Both the position numbers and the translations under genes were made by a program. Under the pieces are notes generated by a model, which was not told where the DNA came from, did not search any database, and saw only the letters and a program-made list of their open reading frames with translations. Of a stretch of DNA of 63,682 nt, positions 37,866-47,548 are shown in pieces (within the stretch, counting starts at the first letter, position 1; each line of letters opens with the position of its first letter). This DNA comes from a virus (Duplodnaviria > Caudoviricetes), in the IMG/VR virus record IMGVR_UViG_3300020121_000104, positions 1 through 63,682 of that record; one strand, given 5' to 3'.

Positions 37866-37995
37866 TGGTTCTCGCGGGCCGGGCGCTACTCCGACCTGAG
37901 CCCGAATGAGGAACCTTGTGGCTCCTCGGCGCTCACTCCAGGCGTCCTATGGACGCGCGAGGCGTGTCTTCTAGCTCCCCACGCCGCCGCGAGAA
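37866..37995 (-). ncRNA. tRNA-like structured RNA ending in CCA
   Basis: Acceptor-like stem, D-like arm, two central arms, T-like arm, 3-prime ACCA. Confidence 0.55.
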
Positions 37996-38009
37996 TTCAC
38001 GATTTGGTT

Positions 38010-38038
38010 GGCCGGCTGAGGGAGATTATCAGCCGGCC
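38010..38038 (-). terminator. 10-bp hairpin after the capsid gene
   Basis: ggccggctga / tcagccggcc. Confidence 0.5.
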
Positions 38039-38066
38039 CTTCTGCTCAGACAGCTACGCCCAGAGT

Positions 38067-39215
38067 TTAGGTGTCATTCGCAGAAGCGAAGAAACCAGTG
38101 AAAACCCCCCATTCCTTGTAGTTTCCTGCGGGGTTGAGCTTCGCGATCTTCTTCATGCCGTAGGCCATCATCACGCCGACGCCCCGGAAGAATTGGTAAT
38201 CATCTTCCTTGAGGAAGGTCGGCTGGGGCATTCTTCCCCATGCCCACGCCATGGCGGCCTGGCCGCACATGAACACCGGGGCAACCTGGATCGATCCAGA
38301 ACCGGCCGTCTGGTAGAACACCGGCAACCTAATATCCATCTCCGGGATTTCCCGGATGATGATGCCGTTGTAAAGCAGATCACCGTCTTGAAAGAGCGGA
38401 TTCTTGTCGAGGCCATCGCCTTCGCGCGGTCTCGCTTGCGTGTTGGCGTTGATGATCGTGGTGTCGGATTGCAGGTCGCGGAAGCAATTCGACCCCGCGA
38501 ACACCACAAAATACTCCCGGCCGTTTTTTAATTTGTACGGCCGGATGCGCGGATTTGCCCGCTTTGCAAGCCGCTTCATCTTGAGGAGCGCCGCAGCGCT
38601 CAACGTCATCGCCGTCGTGATATTGCCGGCGCTGGTTGCGAAGTTGCCTGCGGAGAGATTCCCCTGAGAGCCACCGAAAAGGATTCGATCAGCATTGTCG
38701 GTGGTCCAGGTATTACGCTGCGCGGCAGTAGCGGCGTCAAATAGGGCTCCATTGACGCGCTGCCCATAAGTCGTTCCCAGTCCTGCCGGGGCAGTCGATG
38801 CAATAGGGATTGCATAAAATGCATCGATGATCTCGTCGCGCTGGAGTTCCTTGCCCCAGTCCTCCAGCAGAGGTCGCGCCTGACCGAACAGGTCGATCGA
38901 GCTTTTCTGCTCTTCGGACTTCGGGATTTTGACGGCATTTCGTGCCCAGTCGATCCAGGCGCGGTCGCCATAGTTGTCGATGGCCTCTTCGTTCCCGACG
39001 AGGGTGCCGGTGGCGATGGCCTGGCCCTTGAGGCGGGCGATCAATGGGATGTTGATCTGCTCGCCGCCGTTCTTGAGGTCGTTGATGACGCGGATGATCG
39101 CCGTCATCTCGGTCCCGATATACGGACTATAGAGATTCTGGCGGACGTATTCGCGGAAGACTTCCTTTCGGAAAACGATAAGTTTGTTGTTTACGGCAAC
39201 AGTGGTGAGTGCCAT
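38067..39215 (-). CDS. Major capsid protein (N4-gp56/DUF4043 type)
   Basis: DLKNGGEQI, LVGNEE, NPLFQDG.L.YNGIII.E, CGQAAMAWAW. Confidence 0.9.
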   Translation of the reverse strand: MALTTVAVNNKLIVFRKEVFREYVRQNLYSPYIGTEMTAIIRVINDLKNGGEQINIPLIARLKGQAIATGTLVGNEEAIDNYGDRAWIDWARNAVKIPKSEEQKSSIDLFGQARPLLEDWGKELQRDEIIDAFYAIPIASTAPAGLGTTYGQRVNGALFDAATAAQRNTWTTDNADRILFGGSQGNLSAGNFATSAGNITTAMTLSAAALLKMKRLAKRANPRIRPYKLKNGREYFVVFAGSNCFRDLQSDTTIINANTQARPREGDGLDKNPLFQDGDLLYNGIIIREIPEMDIRLPVFYQTAGSGSIQVAPVFMCGQAAMAWAWGRMPQPTFLKEDDYQFFRGVGVMMAYGMKKIAKLNPAGNYKEWGVFTGFFASANDT

Positions 39216-39276
39216 GTCCCTGTCCTTTCGGGGGCATGGCTGATCGCGTCTTTAGCGGCAGTCGGAAGCGTCAGCC

Positions 39277-40362
39277 CTAGCGACGGGTGCCGAAGCGGAA
39301 GATTGCTTCGTCAGAGCCGTCGAGCATTTCGGGATCGTTGATGCGCTGCGAGTTCGAGCCTGTCGCAGAGTTCAGCGAGGGGAGGCGTTGTCCGGGCCGT
39401 ATCACATGGCGGGGTTGCTGCTGTTGTCCTTGGGGCTGCCGCATGCCGTTTCCGGCACGTTGCTGCACCCGAGGGGCGACTTGTTGATAGACTTGTTCGC
39501 GATATTCAGGACCGCCGTTGCGCTCCCACCAATCCCACATAGCCGTTTCAGGATCGGCCGCATTGTAAATGCGGGCGACCGTGGCGCGGTTATCGGATTT
39601 GCGGGGATCAAGCGACGTGAGGGCGGTATAGGCCGCATTGAATTCGAAAGCGCGCTCGCCTCTCGCAGCCCTGGCAAGCGACTCATCGACCCGTTGGGCC
39701 TCTCTCGCCTGCTGTCGCTGCTCGAACTGAGTAAACCTTTGATCGAATTTGCTTTCGGCTCGACGTTCCGCCTGTTCCAGAACCCAGCGCTCGTACCCAT
39801 CCGGATCGGTGAACATATCCGGTTTTGGCGCGGGCGGTTCGGCCTGTTGCTGGCGGGGCGGCGGGGCATTGGCGCGGGCTGAGAGTTCGGCAAGACGCCC
39901 GTTCATTTCGGCGACTTGGCGTTCGAGCGCTTGTGCCCGCTCCTCCGCAGCGGTCGCGCGTTGGGTCTGCTCTCTCAGTCGTCCGGGAGGAACGGCAGGC
40001 TCGCGCTCGCGGAACTGGCCGCGCTGATCGCGTGGCAGTTCTTGCGGTTGCTCGCCTTCCTCTGGCTCGCCTTCGGCGGCTTCGGCTTCCTCGCCTTTGC
40101 CTTCCTTTGGTTCGCCCTGTTCTCCCTCGCCCTCGGCTTCCTCTTCGGCGTCGTCTTCGACTTCACCTTCAAGGCCCTCGCCCATGTCTTCAAGCGAGGT
40201 ATCCGCATCATTGTCGAGTTCGTCCTCGCCCAACGCATCCGCAAAGATTTCCTGTTCGGTATCCTCGACGGCGCGATTGAGCGTAGCCTGATATTCGCGT
40301 TCGGAAACTTCCCCATCGGCCTGAGTCGAAGACGCGGCCGCGGGGGCTCTGTTGACTGCCAT
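39277..40362 (-). CDS. Scaffolding protein
   Basis: Acidic N-terminus, VPPGRLRE coiled coil, PDMFTDPDGY, LPSL; precedes capsid. Confidence 0.8.
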   Translation of the reverse strand: MAVNRAPAAASSTQADGEVSEREYQATLNRAVEDTEQEIFADALGEDELDNDADTSLEDMGEGLEGEVEDDAEEEAEGEGEQGEPKEGKGEEAEAAEGEPEEGEQPQELPRDQRGQFREREPAVPPGRLREQTQRATAAEERAQALERQVAEMNGRLAELSARANAPPPRQQQAEPPAPKPDMFTDPDGYERWVLEQAERRAESKFDQRFTQFEQRQQAREAQRVDESLARAARGERAFEFNAAYTALTSLDPRKSDNRATVARIYNAADPETAMWDWWERNGGPEYREQVYQQVAPRVQQRAGNGMRQPQGQQQQPRHVIRPGQRLPSLNSATGSNSQRINDPEMLDGSDEAIFRFGTRR

Positions 40363-40385
40363 GTGTGACCCTTGATTGCTGTATC

Positions 40386-40491
40386 CCGGTATCGTCCGAG
40401 AGAGACGTGTGCGCCCAGAGTGCGCGGGCGGATGCGCTGCATCGATGTCGTTCGAGGCCGACGTGGCGGCGATATCGTTCGCTGCGGACGT
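40386..40491 (-). repeat. Three 23-nt ACGTC-N4-hairpin(ACGAYA loop) units in the scaffold leader
   Basis: 40386-40408, 40442-40464, 40469-40491. Confidence 0.75.
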
Positions 40492-40492
40492 A

Positions 40493-41095
40493 TTAGAGTT
40501 GGATCGGAACGCCCATGGTGATGATCAACGTCGTGGGGGCGAGGGCTCTACCGATGAGCGTGACGACCTGACCGGGCGTTGATGGCGCGGTTGCGGTCAG
40601 CTTCCCGGCGGCCACCGGATCGAGAAAATAGAGCGTTCCCGCAGTCAGCCCGCCGGATTCCCCAGTGACAACTGCATCCCATTGCGCCGTCTTGAGCACC
40701 AGCGGGCCGGTGACCACGACGCCGCCGGTTCCTGCCGGGGCGACTAAGCCGTTCGTGACGCCCAGCACGCCGGATGTGCCGAGCGCGTTGGCCTGCGCTG
40801 CGGAGACCGTGCCGCTGCCGGTGATGTAGACCGGGGCACCCGCGACGATTGGGGAAACGGAACCATTGGAGATTTGAACAACCGTGCTTCCGGACGTGCC
40901 CCCATTGGTCATGGAGGCGATGACATCCAGAAGCATCTGCCGTGCGTTGTACGGCGTGATCAGATGGATGGTGTTGTCGGGAAAGAGACTGAAGACTTCG
41001 CTGTTGAGGTCGGCCGGGGATTTGCTCGATCCCGTCTGGGCCGCGGCTATCCCGCACGTCAAAAGAAGGATTGCAAGGATTGATCGAACGGTCAT
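40493..41095 (-). CDS. Structural protein (cement-like C-terminus) with signal peptide
   Basis: GAPVYI...AQANA...GLTAGTLYFL...GKLTATAP. Confidence 0.65.
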   Translation of the reverse strand: MTVRSILAILLLTCGIAAAQTGSSKSPADLNSEVFSLFPDNTIHLITPYNARQMLLDVIASMTNGGTSGSTVVQISNGSVSPIVAGAPVYITGSGTVSAAQANALGTSGVLGVTNGLVAPAGTGGVVVTGPLVLKTAQWDAVVTGESGGLTAGTLYFLDPVAAGKLTATAPSTPGQVVTLIGRALAPTTLIITMGVPIQL

Positions 41096-41110
41096 GTGCG
41101 TTTCCGACAG

Positions 41111-44100
41111 CTAAATACCCGTGCTGGTCAGATAGGCCGGCGATGTGCAGTCGACCTGCGTGATCGGGTTCCCAGAATATGCCGGGTCCATATACCAGCC
41201 GACCGCCGGAGTGGTGAATATGCCCATATCGGTCTCGACGCTGACATAGACATGCGCATAGGCAATTGCGTTCTGCCCGCCGCCGCCCACGGTCGTTGAG
41301 AAGGTCATCAACTGAGCGATCGAGTCGCCATAGCTTGGCAAACTGTCTATGCCGCCGATGCTGACCGGAGCGCCAGGAGAAACGATCCGTTTACCGACCA
41401 GACTGAGATCGACCGTCGCGACGAGATTAGAGACTGCACCTGTTGCGTTGACGAACCCATTTGCAGTGATGACCAGCTTCCCACCCGCGCCTGAAGTATC
41501 GGCCTTCCGCACGTCCACGATCATCTGCTTAAGAGGACCGTATGCGGCGATCGATTGGGACAGAAGCGAGGGATTTAGCGGCATCTGACCGGACATTGTG
41601 CGCGAGCCAAACGTCTGGAACGGTTTCCCCTGCTGCGGCGCGTTGCGGGCGTCCATCACGTAGGGATGCCCGGTGGTCCCCATGACAGTCAGGCTCGGGC
41701 ATATATTCGGAGCGAACTTCAGGGGGTTGGTGAGGACCGTGTGCGTGCCTGTACCGGCCTGGGCCACATTCACATTGGTGGCGCCATTATCACCCGATAT
41801 CTTAAATTGATTCGCCCCTCCCACTCCAGCGGCAGTAACCGTATAAACGGCAGTCAATGACAATAGGTCATTAGCCGTCATCGCAGCGGTAAGCGATGAG
41901 CCCGGGGTGGGGCTGATGAAGTAAGTTCCGGCCCCAGCATTTTTTGGTCCGGTAACGATCGTTCCGGCGGGAGCGCCGACAAGAGCCAACGGATAAAAAA
42001 TCATGCCGCCGATGGGGCCGCCGCTCAGCGTATTGCTCCCTGACGTGATGGTGCCGGTGAAACTGTGCCGCACCAAGGTGGTCGCCGGCAGCGTACCATC
42101 CGTCTTGAGCACGAGAGGCGTACCGTTGGCGATGCCTGTGCCGCCAGTGATGGTGGCGGCTCCTGCTCCCGCAGGTCCTGCCAAGATAACCGTTTTGCCG
42201 GTTGCGTCGGGCGGCAGTGAAGAGATGTTCCAAGTTCCGTTCAGGCTCGCAAAAGCGCCGGTGCCAGTCAGGGATGACAACGTGACCGCTCTGCCTGGAG
42301 TATAATTCGGTGGTGCAGCCGCAGTAAGGACGAGCGTGATGAGACCCGTACCGCTGTTATAATTGTTACTTCCAGAGTTAGAAATTGTCACCGTTCCCGG
42401 CGCGGGATTACCCCAATCGAAAATCGCCGGACTCGCCACGGAAATCGTCGAGGTATGTGAGACGGAAGCGCCAGCCGGCAGTGATGCAAGGGTTGTGGTT
42501 ACGTTGATAGTCGGCTTCTGAATGACGGTGCAAGTAACCGGACCCCCCGAGACCGCCACCGGGTCGCCGTTCAGGTAGAGAGATAGCTTGAAGTCGTCCG
42601 CCCCCGACTTCTGCACGGCATAGTAGGGCTGGCTCTCCATCAACCCCGTCAGCACTGTGCCCTTGAGATTAATGAGATCATCGTTGGCGACCGGCGTGCC
42701 GACCCAATGGACGCCGGCGCCTCCCGATACGGTGGAAAGATTGTTGGTGACGGTGCTGCTAGCGGCTTGACCCGCGGCCACAGCTTTGATTCCAAAGTAT
42801 CCGAACATGGGACCGGCGAACTGCTGGGCCATGTCATTTATGAAACCTGACTTTCCTGGGAGCATCCAAGAGTTGGTCGCTAAATTGATGTCCCTGGGCA
42901 GCGGCGCAGTGATTACACCAAGGCTAAACGACCAGTTATGGAGCGCATTTCCAAACGATGCTGGTGAAGTATTGTCCCCGCGATTGGCGGGCTGAATATT
43001 TCCTATTCTGTTTCCACCATTCAAAACAACCGTTTCTGCGGCGCCGCCACCGAGCAGCGGACCTAGAAAGATTTGTCCAAAGTCGCAACCCTCGATAATC
43101 GTGTTCTTGGCGGTCCCGCCCAGACTGGCTCCCTTGCACCGCCTCAAAAGAAGCTGTTCAGGCCCGCTACCCTCACATTGAATCGTATCGACTTGCGACC
43201 CAATTACCTCTCCTACGATGACGGCCTTGTCGAACAAGATCGCTGACTCCGGTTCCGAACTGTACCCAGTAGAACCGGAATCGGCATTTTCGAAAATAAT
43301 ATGGTCTATCTCCGTTGCTAGGATTGCCTGCCCCTTTATCTGTGCATTAATGAGCTTTGTATACCTGCCCGTCGCCCGCGTTTGAAACGTGTAATATGTT
43401 GAGAGATCATAAACCTCACATTCACCATTCCATTCCGGCGGCATCACATAGACGTGCGCAGGGCCGATCGGGGCATATGCGCCGCTGGCCTGACTGATGT
43501 ACTGTGGATAATTGTCGAGATACGAATTGCGCAGGAAGTCAGTATAGCCGGCAAAGCCGCCCGCCCCCAGGTTTGGATATCCCAGGCTTCCAACGCCCGT
43601 GATGAGGTTTACGGCCCTGATTGGTCTGAACTCGTTGATTCCGGTGCTCAGTGGGGTTGATAGGCGCTGCCCCCATACATCCTGGCAATCGATTGCCCCG
43701 AAGTAAACCCAACCGCCAACGGTAATATTGGCAGCGTCGGCAACATTTTTCAGTTTGAATGTTTGAGATCCAGCGGACACGCTATCAATTGGATAGCCAG
43801 TATACGGATAAAATCCACCAGTCAGCCCGATCCCGCCTGCACCTATAGAGACACCACCGCCGCTAGGCGTGCCGTCCTCCCTGGTTCCGACTATGGTCAA
43901 GCCGGCAGCGTATAATCTTGCCCGGCGCAAACCTGCAAAGACGAACGTCGTCGTAGTGTAGTAGCTTCCGGTCAATACAAAGTTCTTCCAGTCCGCGTTC
44001 ACTGTTGCCATGTACACGTTGACCGGACTGCCCCCAAACGTGATGGTGGGATTCGGCGTCGACCCTCCGATGTCGCCGCTCTGGAATATGGCCCAAGGGT

Positions 44101-45103
44101 CTAAGACGGTGACCTTGAAAGAACTTGCCAGCATGCTGTCGGTTGCAGCGTACACAGGCATAAAGGCTGCGAGCGTCGCGCCAGCAGGGGCGGGCGTTGT
44201 TGGCAGCGCTCCACCCGAGCCAGCAAAAAACACAACAGGATCGTGCGCGCGCAGCATGTGCGCAGCCGGTATGGTGCGGGCGGCATCGGCGAACGTGCTG
44301 ACGACGCCCGTCGACGTGTTGATGGTGACCGGAACCGGAGTTCCGTAAACAGGATCGACGATCTTAATGCCACGAATGGAGCCCGCCGGGGGATTATTCA
44401 CCCCCATCATATTAAGAAAGCCCTGGCGATTATCGGTCGCTTGGCTGGACGGCAGATAGCCGTCAGCGACAAGGCCATAGGTAGCCGCGAGATCGGTAAC
44501 ACCAACCGCACCGCCCCCGCCACCAGCCGGTGTTGCCCATGTTGCATCGCCGCGCCAAAACGTCGATGATGATGCCCCTGTGCCGCTGTTGAGATTTGTA
44601 ACCGGAAGGTTGCTGACGCCGCTCAGAGTTGTAGCGCCGGTCCATATTCCAATCTGACCGTTCGTCGGCGTTGCGACATTGGAAACATTCCCGCCACCAG
44701 CAGGCGTCACCCAAGTCCCATCCCCACGCCAGAATGTCGATGATGTAGCCCCCGTGCCGCTATTGAGACGGTAAACCGGCAGATTTCCAGTCACGCCCCC
44801 TGCGGTGGACGACGCAAGGTTGATGACCGGAATATCAGCGGATACGAGAGTCCGAAATGTCGGCGTAGCAGAACCGCCGGAATTCGGGCCAGCCAATACG
44901 ACATTCGGAGCCTGTGCCGCCAACGTGACCGCAAACGTCCCGGCGGTCGTAATCGTGGATGGACTCACATTGAGGAACGACGGCAACGTCAAGGTGATAC
45001 TGGTCACCGTCCCGCTTCCGGCTACTCCGGAAAGCGTATCCCCCGGCTGTAATTGCTCCGGAAGACCGGTCGGTCCGAGGACGAGCGGGAGACGGGCAAC
45101 CAT
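41111..45103 (-). CDS. 1330-aa fibre/spike protein
   Basis: G/T/S-rich; two NLPV..LNSGTGA.SSTFWRGD.TW repeats; beta-helix-like centre. Confidence 0.75.
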   Translation of the reverse strand: MVARLPLVLGPTGLPEQLQPGDTLSGVAGSGTVTSITLTLPSFLNVSPSTITTAGTFAVTLAAQAPNVVLAGPNSGGSATPTFRTLVSADIPVINLASSTAGGVTGNLPVYRLNSGTGATSSTFWRGDGTWVTPAGGGNVSNVATPTNGQIGIWTGATTLSGVSNLPVTNLNSGTGASSSTFWRGDATWATPAGGGGGAVGVTDLAATYGLVADGYLPSSQATDNRQGFLNMMGVNNPPAGSIRGIKIVDPVYGTPVPVTINTSTGVVSTFADAARTIPAAHMLRAHDPVVFFAGSGGALPTTPAPAGATLAAFMPVYAATDSMLASSFKVTVLDPWAIFQSGDIGGSTPNPTITFGGSPVNVYMATVNADWKNFVLTGSYYTTTTFVFAGLRRARLYAAGLTIVGTREDGTPSGGGVSIGAGGIGLTGGFYPYTGYPIDSVSAGSQTFKLKNVADAANITVGGWVYFGAIDCQDVWGQRLSTPLSTGINEFRPIRAVNLITGVGSLGYPNLGAGGFAGYTDFLRNSYLDNYPQYISQASGAYAPIGPAHVYVMPPEWNGECEVYDLSTYYTFQTRATGRYTKLINAQIKGQAILATEIDHIIFENADSGSTGYSSEPESAILFDKAVIVGEVIGSQVDTIQCEGSGPEQLLLRRCKGASLGGTAKNTIIEGCDFGQIFLGPLLGGGAAETVVLNGGNRIGNIQPANRGDNTSPASFGNALHNWSFSLGVITAPLPRDINLATNSWMLPGKSGFINDMAQQFAGPMFGYFGIKAVAAGQAASSTVTNNLSTVSGGAGVHWVGTPVANDDLINLKGTVLTGLMESQPYYAVQKSGADDFKLSLYLNGDPVAVSGGPVTCTVIQKPTINVTTTLASLPAGASVSHTSTISVASPAIFDWGNPAPGTVTISNSGSNNYNSGTGLITLVLTAAAPPNYTPGRAVTLSSLTGTGAFASLNGTWNISSLPPDATGKTVILAGPAGAGAATITGGTGIANGTPLVLKTDGTLPATTLVRHSFTGTITSGSNTLSGGPIGGMIFYPLALVGAPAGTIVTGPKNAGAGTYFISPTPGSSLTAAMTANDLLSLTAVYTVTAAGVGGANQFKISGDNGATNVNVAQAGTGTHTVLTNPLKFAPNICPSLTVMGTTGHPYVMDARNAPQQGKPFQTFGSRTMSGQMPLNPSLLSQSIAAYGPLKQMIVDVRKADTSGAGGKLVITANGFVNATGAVSNLVATVDLSLVGKRIVSPGAPVSIGGIDSLPSYGDSIAQLMTFSTTVGGGGQNAIAYAHVYVSVETDMGIFTTPAVGWYMDPAYSGNPITQVDCTSPAYLTSTGI

Positions 45104-45636
45104 TAGAACTGAAATCCCCAGGCGTTGATCTGGGTTGCGGTATTGCCGGCCGCGCCGGGCACCGTCACCGTGATCGCAGCCGCCGCAGCACTAGCCGGAA
45201 TGCAGGGCGAATATTCCTTGCCAATCGATGTGGCGACGACAGCCGCGCCAGCCGGGAACACATAACTGTAACTAAGCGTCGTGCTCCCAACCAATGTGGC
45301 TACGGTCACGATAACGGTAGTTGCGCCGGTAGCCCCAAGTCCCGAGACGGTGAAGCCGCAAATATATGTCGTTTTTCCCGAGGCCAATGCGAGCGTCGCG
45401 GCTTGCGTTGTCGTATCTGCCCCAGAAAATGCACCACCAATCGGCGTTGCGCCCGCGGGATAACCAGCGGCCCCCGTTGTCCCGGTGCATGCAATCGCCT
45501 GACCGGACGAATTCAGGCACATCTGGACGGAACCGCCGACCGTCTGATTGCCGGGCGTCGGCCACGCATTTTGCGCGCGCGCATGCCACGATGCCGCGAG
45601 CATCATCAGGAGAATTGACCAAGCGATTTTCTTCAT
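45103..45636 (-). CDS. Beta-rich structural protein with signal peptide
   Basis: MKKIAWSILLMMLAASWHARA-Q; 4 Cys. Confidence 0.7.
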   Translation of the reverse strand: MKKIAWSILLMMLAASWHARAQNAWPTPGNQTVGGSVQMCLNSSGQAIACTGTTGAAGYPAGATPIGGAFSGADTTTQAATLALASGKTTYICGFTVSGLGATGATTVIVTVATLVGSTTLSYSYVFPAGAAVVATSIGKEYSPCIPASAAAAAITVTVPGAAGNTATQINAWGFQF

Positions 45637-45640
45637 CTCT

Positions 45641-47524
45641 TTACCTTCTGCCGCGGCGCCGTGCGCGGATGAGCCATTCGGCTCCCGGTGTCGTTGGCGG
45701 CGGCGCGATCCCGAATGCGGTTGATGCCATTCCGCCCCAAGATTGATTTTCCCGCGGCTGTTCCTGCCTCGTGATAAAGGCACGCAAGACTTCGGTCCGC
45801 GGCCCCGTGAATGTTCGGCTTGAAATAACAAATGTGCTGCTTGGATGTGTCGGCTGCTCTTGAACGGTGATCGCGCGGCCCACCACCGGACCGGGCACCG
45901 TGACGCTTATGTTCGAGCGCAGGAACGGCGCCGGGTGACCTAGAACATCCTCTTGCTTCGATAGGAGCGGCGCGATGCCGACCCATGTTGCCGTCAGGAA
46001 CGTGCCGCGGACGGTCGCGGTCGGATGGTATGGCTGCTCCTGGACCGTCGTTGCTTGTTTGACCGGCGGAACCGGCGTGACGGCGGGCTGTGTGAAGACG
46101 CCAGGCGCCGCCGAAGGACCGGGGTGGGACGGCTGTTCCTGGACAGTCGTCGCCTGGTGTGTTCCGGCCGGGACCGGCGTCGCCGCAAGTGGTAGCGCAG
46201 TGACCGTGCCGACCGGATGGAACGGCTGCTCCTGCGTCGATAGAACAACGTCCGAGATCGACGGCGCGTTGACGTTCGGGCCTTGAACGCCAGCATCAAC
46301 GATCGAACCTGGATGCCAGGGTAATTCCTGAACTGTGACCGCCTGGGAGTTGGTCGGCGGCCTCGGCGTGACGGTTAGGGGCGCCGGAACTCCCGGCCAT
46401 GTCAAGGACGGCGATGGATGCCAAGGTATTTCCTGGGCGTTGGTGGCCCGATTGGAAATAGGCGGCGCAACGTTTGGGCCTGCGATGGCTGACCGAACGT
46501 GCGGACCTGGATGGTAGGGCGCCTCCTGAACGCTCGTTGCTATGTCAGATGTGGCCGAGAGAACATTCGGGCCTTGAACGCCAGGGCGAACCGTGCCTAC
46601 GGGATGCCAAGCCTGCTCTTGCACACTGACAGCACGGTCGGACGTTCCCGACCGGACGTTCGGCCCTTGGACGCCAGCACGTACGGTGGCAACCGGATGC
46701 CACGGAATCTCCTGGGTGCTCGCAGCGCGGTCGCTTGTTCCTGCGCGGACGTTGGGGCCTTGTACTCCAGATTGAGCCTGTGGCCCCGGATGGTATGGCG
46801 CCTCCTGCGTGCTTAGGGCGTGATCACTAACCGGCGTTCGGACATTCTGACCCGAAACGCCAGCCTTGACTATCGGCCCTGGATGCCAAGGCTGTTCTTG
46901 CGTCGTCAGGGCCGGCGGAACGCTCGGCTTTACCTGGATGGCTGACGGATGCGTGACCTGGGATACCAGGGCACGTCCGGCGAGGTCCTGAGCTAGAGCG
47001 TCCGAATGCCGCGCGAAGGCGTATGATGCTGCCTGCGATGGGTCTTCGGCGACGAACGATGGAAGGCCGACAGGTTGGTTTACAAAGCCCGGGGGCTGGT
47101 ACGGCGCCTCCTGCGCCGTCGTGGCTTGGTGGGTGGTTGCCGGAACCGGGGTGGCCGCAAGCGGCAGAGCCGTGACCGTGCCGATCGGATGGAACGGCTG
47201 CTCCTGAACCGTAAATATCTGGTCTTCTATCGACGGAGCGCCGACGTTCGGACCTTGAACGCCAGCTCTGAGAACCGAACCGGGATGCCATGGCGCCTCC
47301 TGCGCCGTCGTCATTTGTCCGGGCTGGGCGACTGGCGCTACCGCAGCGACGCCGCCCCAAGTGAACGTGTATCCGTCAAGGTCCTGCGCGAGCGCGGCCG
47401 AATGGCCCGCCGATGCATAGGTTAGGGTGATCCACGTCGGATCGGGCGTCCCAGGCCCGGAAGCCGATGGTGTGGTATAGAATTTGCCCGGTTTTAGAAC
47501 GCCGGAGGGGCCGATCGAGCGCAT
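45641..47524 (-). CDS. QExPxHP tandem-repeat protein
   Basis: About 16 repeats, roughly 29-aa period. Confidence 0.8.
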   Translation of the reverse strand: MRSIGPSGVLKPGKFYTTPSASGPGTPDPTWITLTYASAGHSAALAQDLDGYTFTWGGVAAVAPVAQPGQMTTAQEAPWHPGSVLRAGVQGPNVGAPSIEDQIFTVQEQPFHPIGTVTALPLAATPVPATTHQATTAQEAPYQPPGFVNQPVGLPSFVAEDPSQAASYAFARHSDALAQDLAGRALVSQVTHPSAIQVKPSVPPALTTQEQPWHPGPIVKAGVSGQNVRTPVSDHALSTQEAPYHPGPQAQSGVQGPNVRAGTSDRAASTQEIPWHPVATVRAGVQGPNVRSGTSDRAVSVQEQAWHPVGTVRPGVQGPNVLSATSDIATSVQEAPYHPGPHVRSAIAGPNVAPPISNRATNAQEIPWHPSPSLTWPGVPAPLTVTPRPPTNSQAVTVQELPWHPGSIVDAGVQGPNVNAPSISDVVLSTQEQPFHPVGTVTALPLAATPVPAGTHQATTVQEQPSHPGPSAAPGVFTQPAVTPVPPVKQATTVQEQPYHPTATVRGTFLTATWVGIAPLLSKQEDVLGHPAPFLRSNISVTVPGPVVGRAITVQEQPTHPSSTFVISSRTFTGPRTEVLRAFITRQEQPRENQSWGGMASTAFGIAPPPTTPGAEWLIRARRRGRR

Positions 47525-47548
47525 GTCGGCCTCTCGTTATGACGGGCC

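Noticed and set aside
45641-47524. Periodic DNA repeats as a CRISPR array or DGR
   Set aside because: Repeats are degenerate, in frame and protein-coding; no cas or reverse transcriptase gene is present
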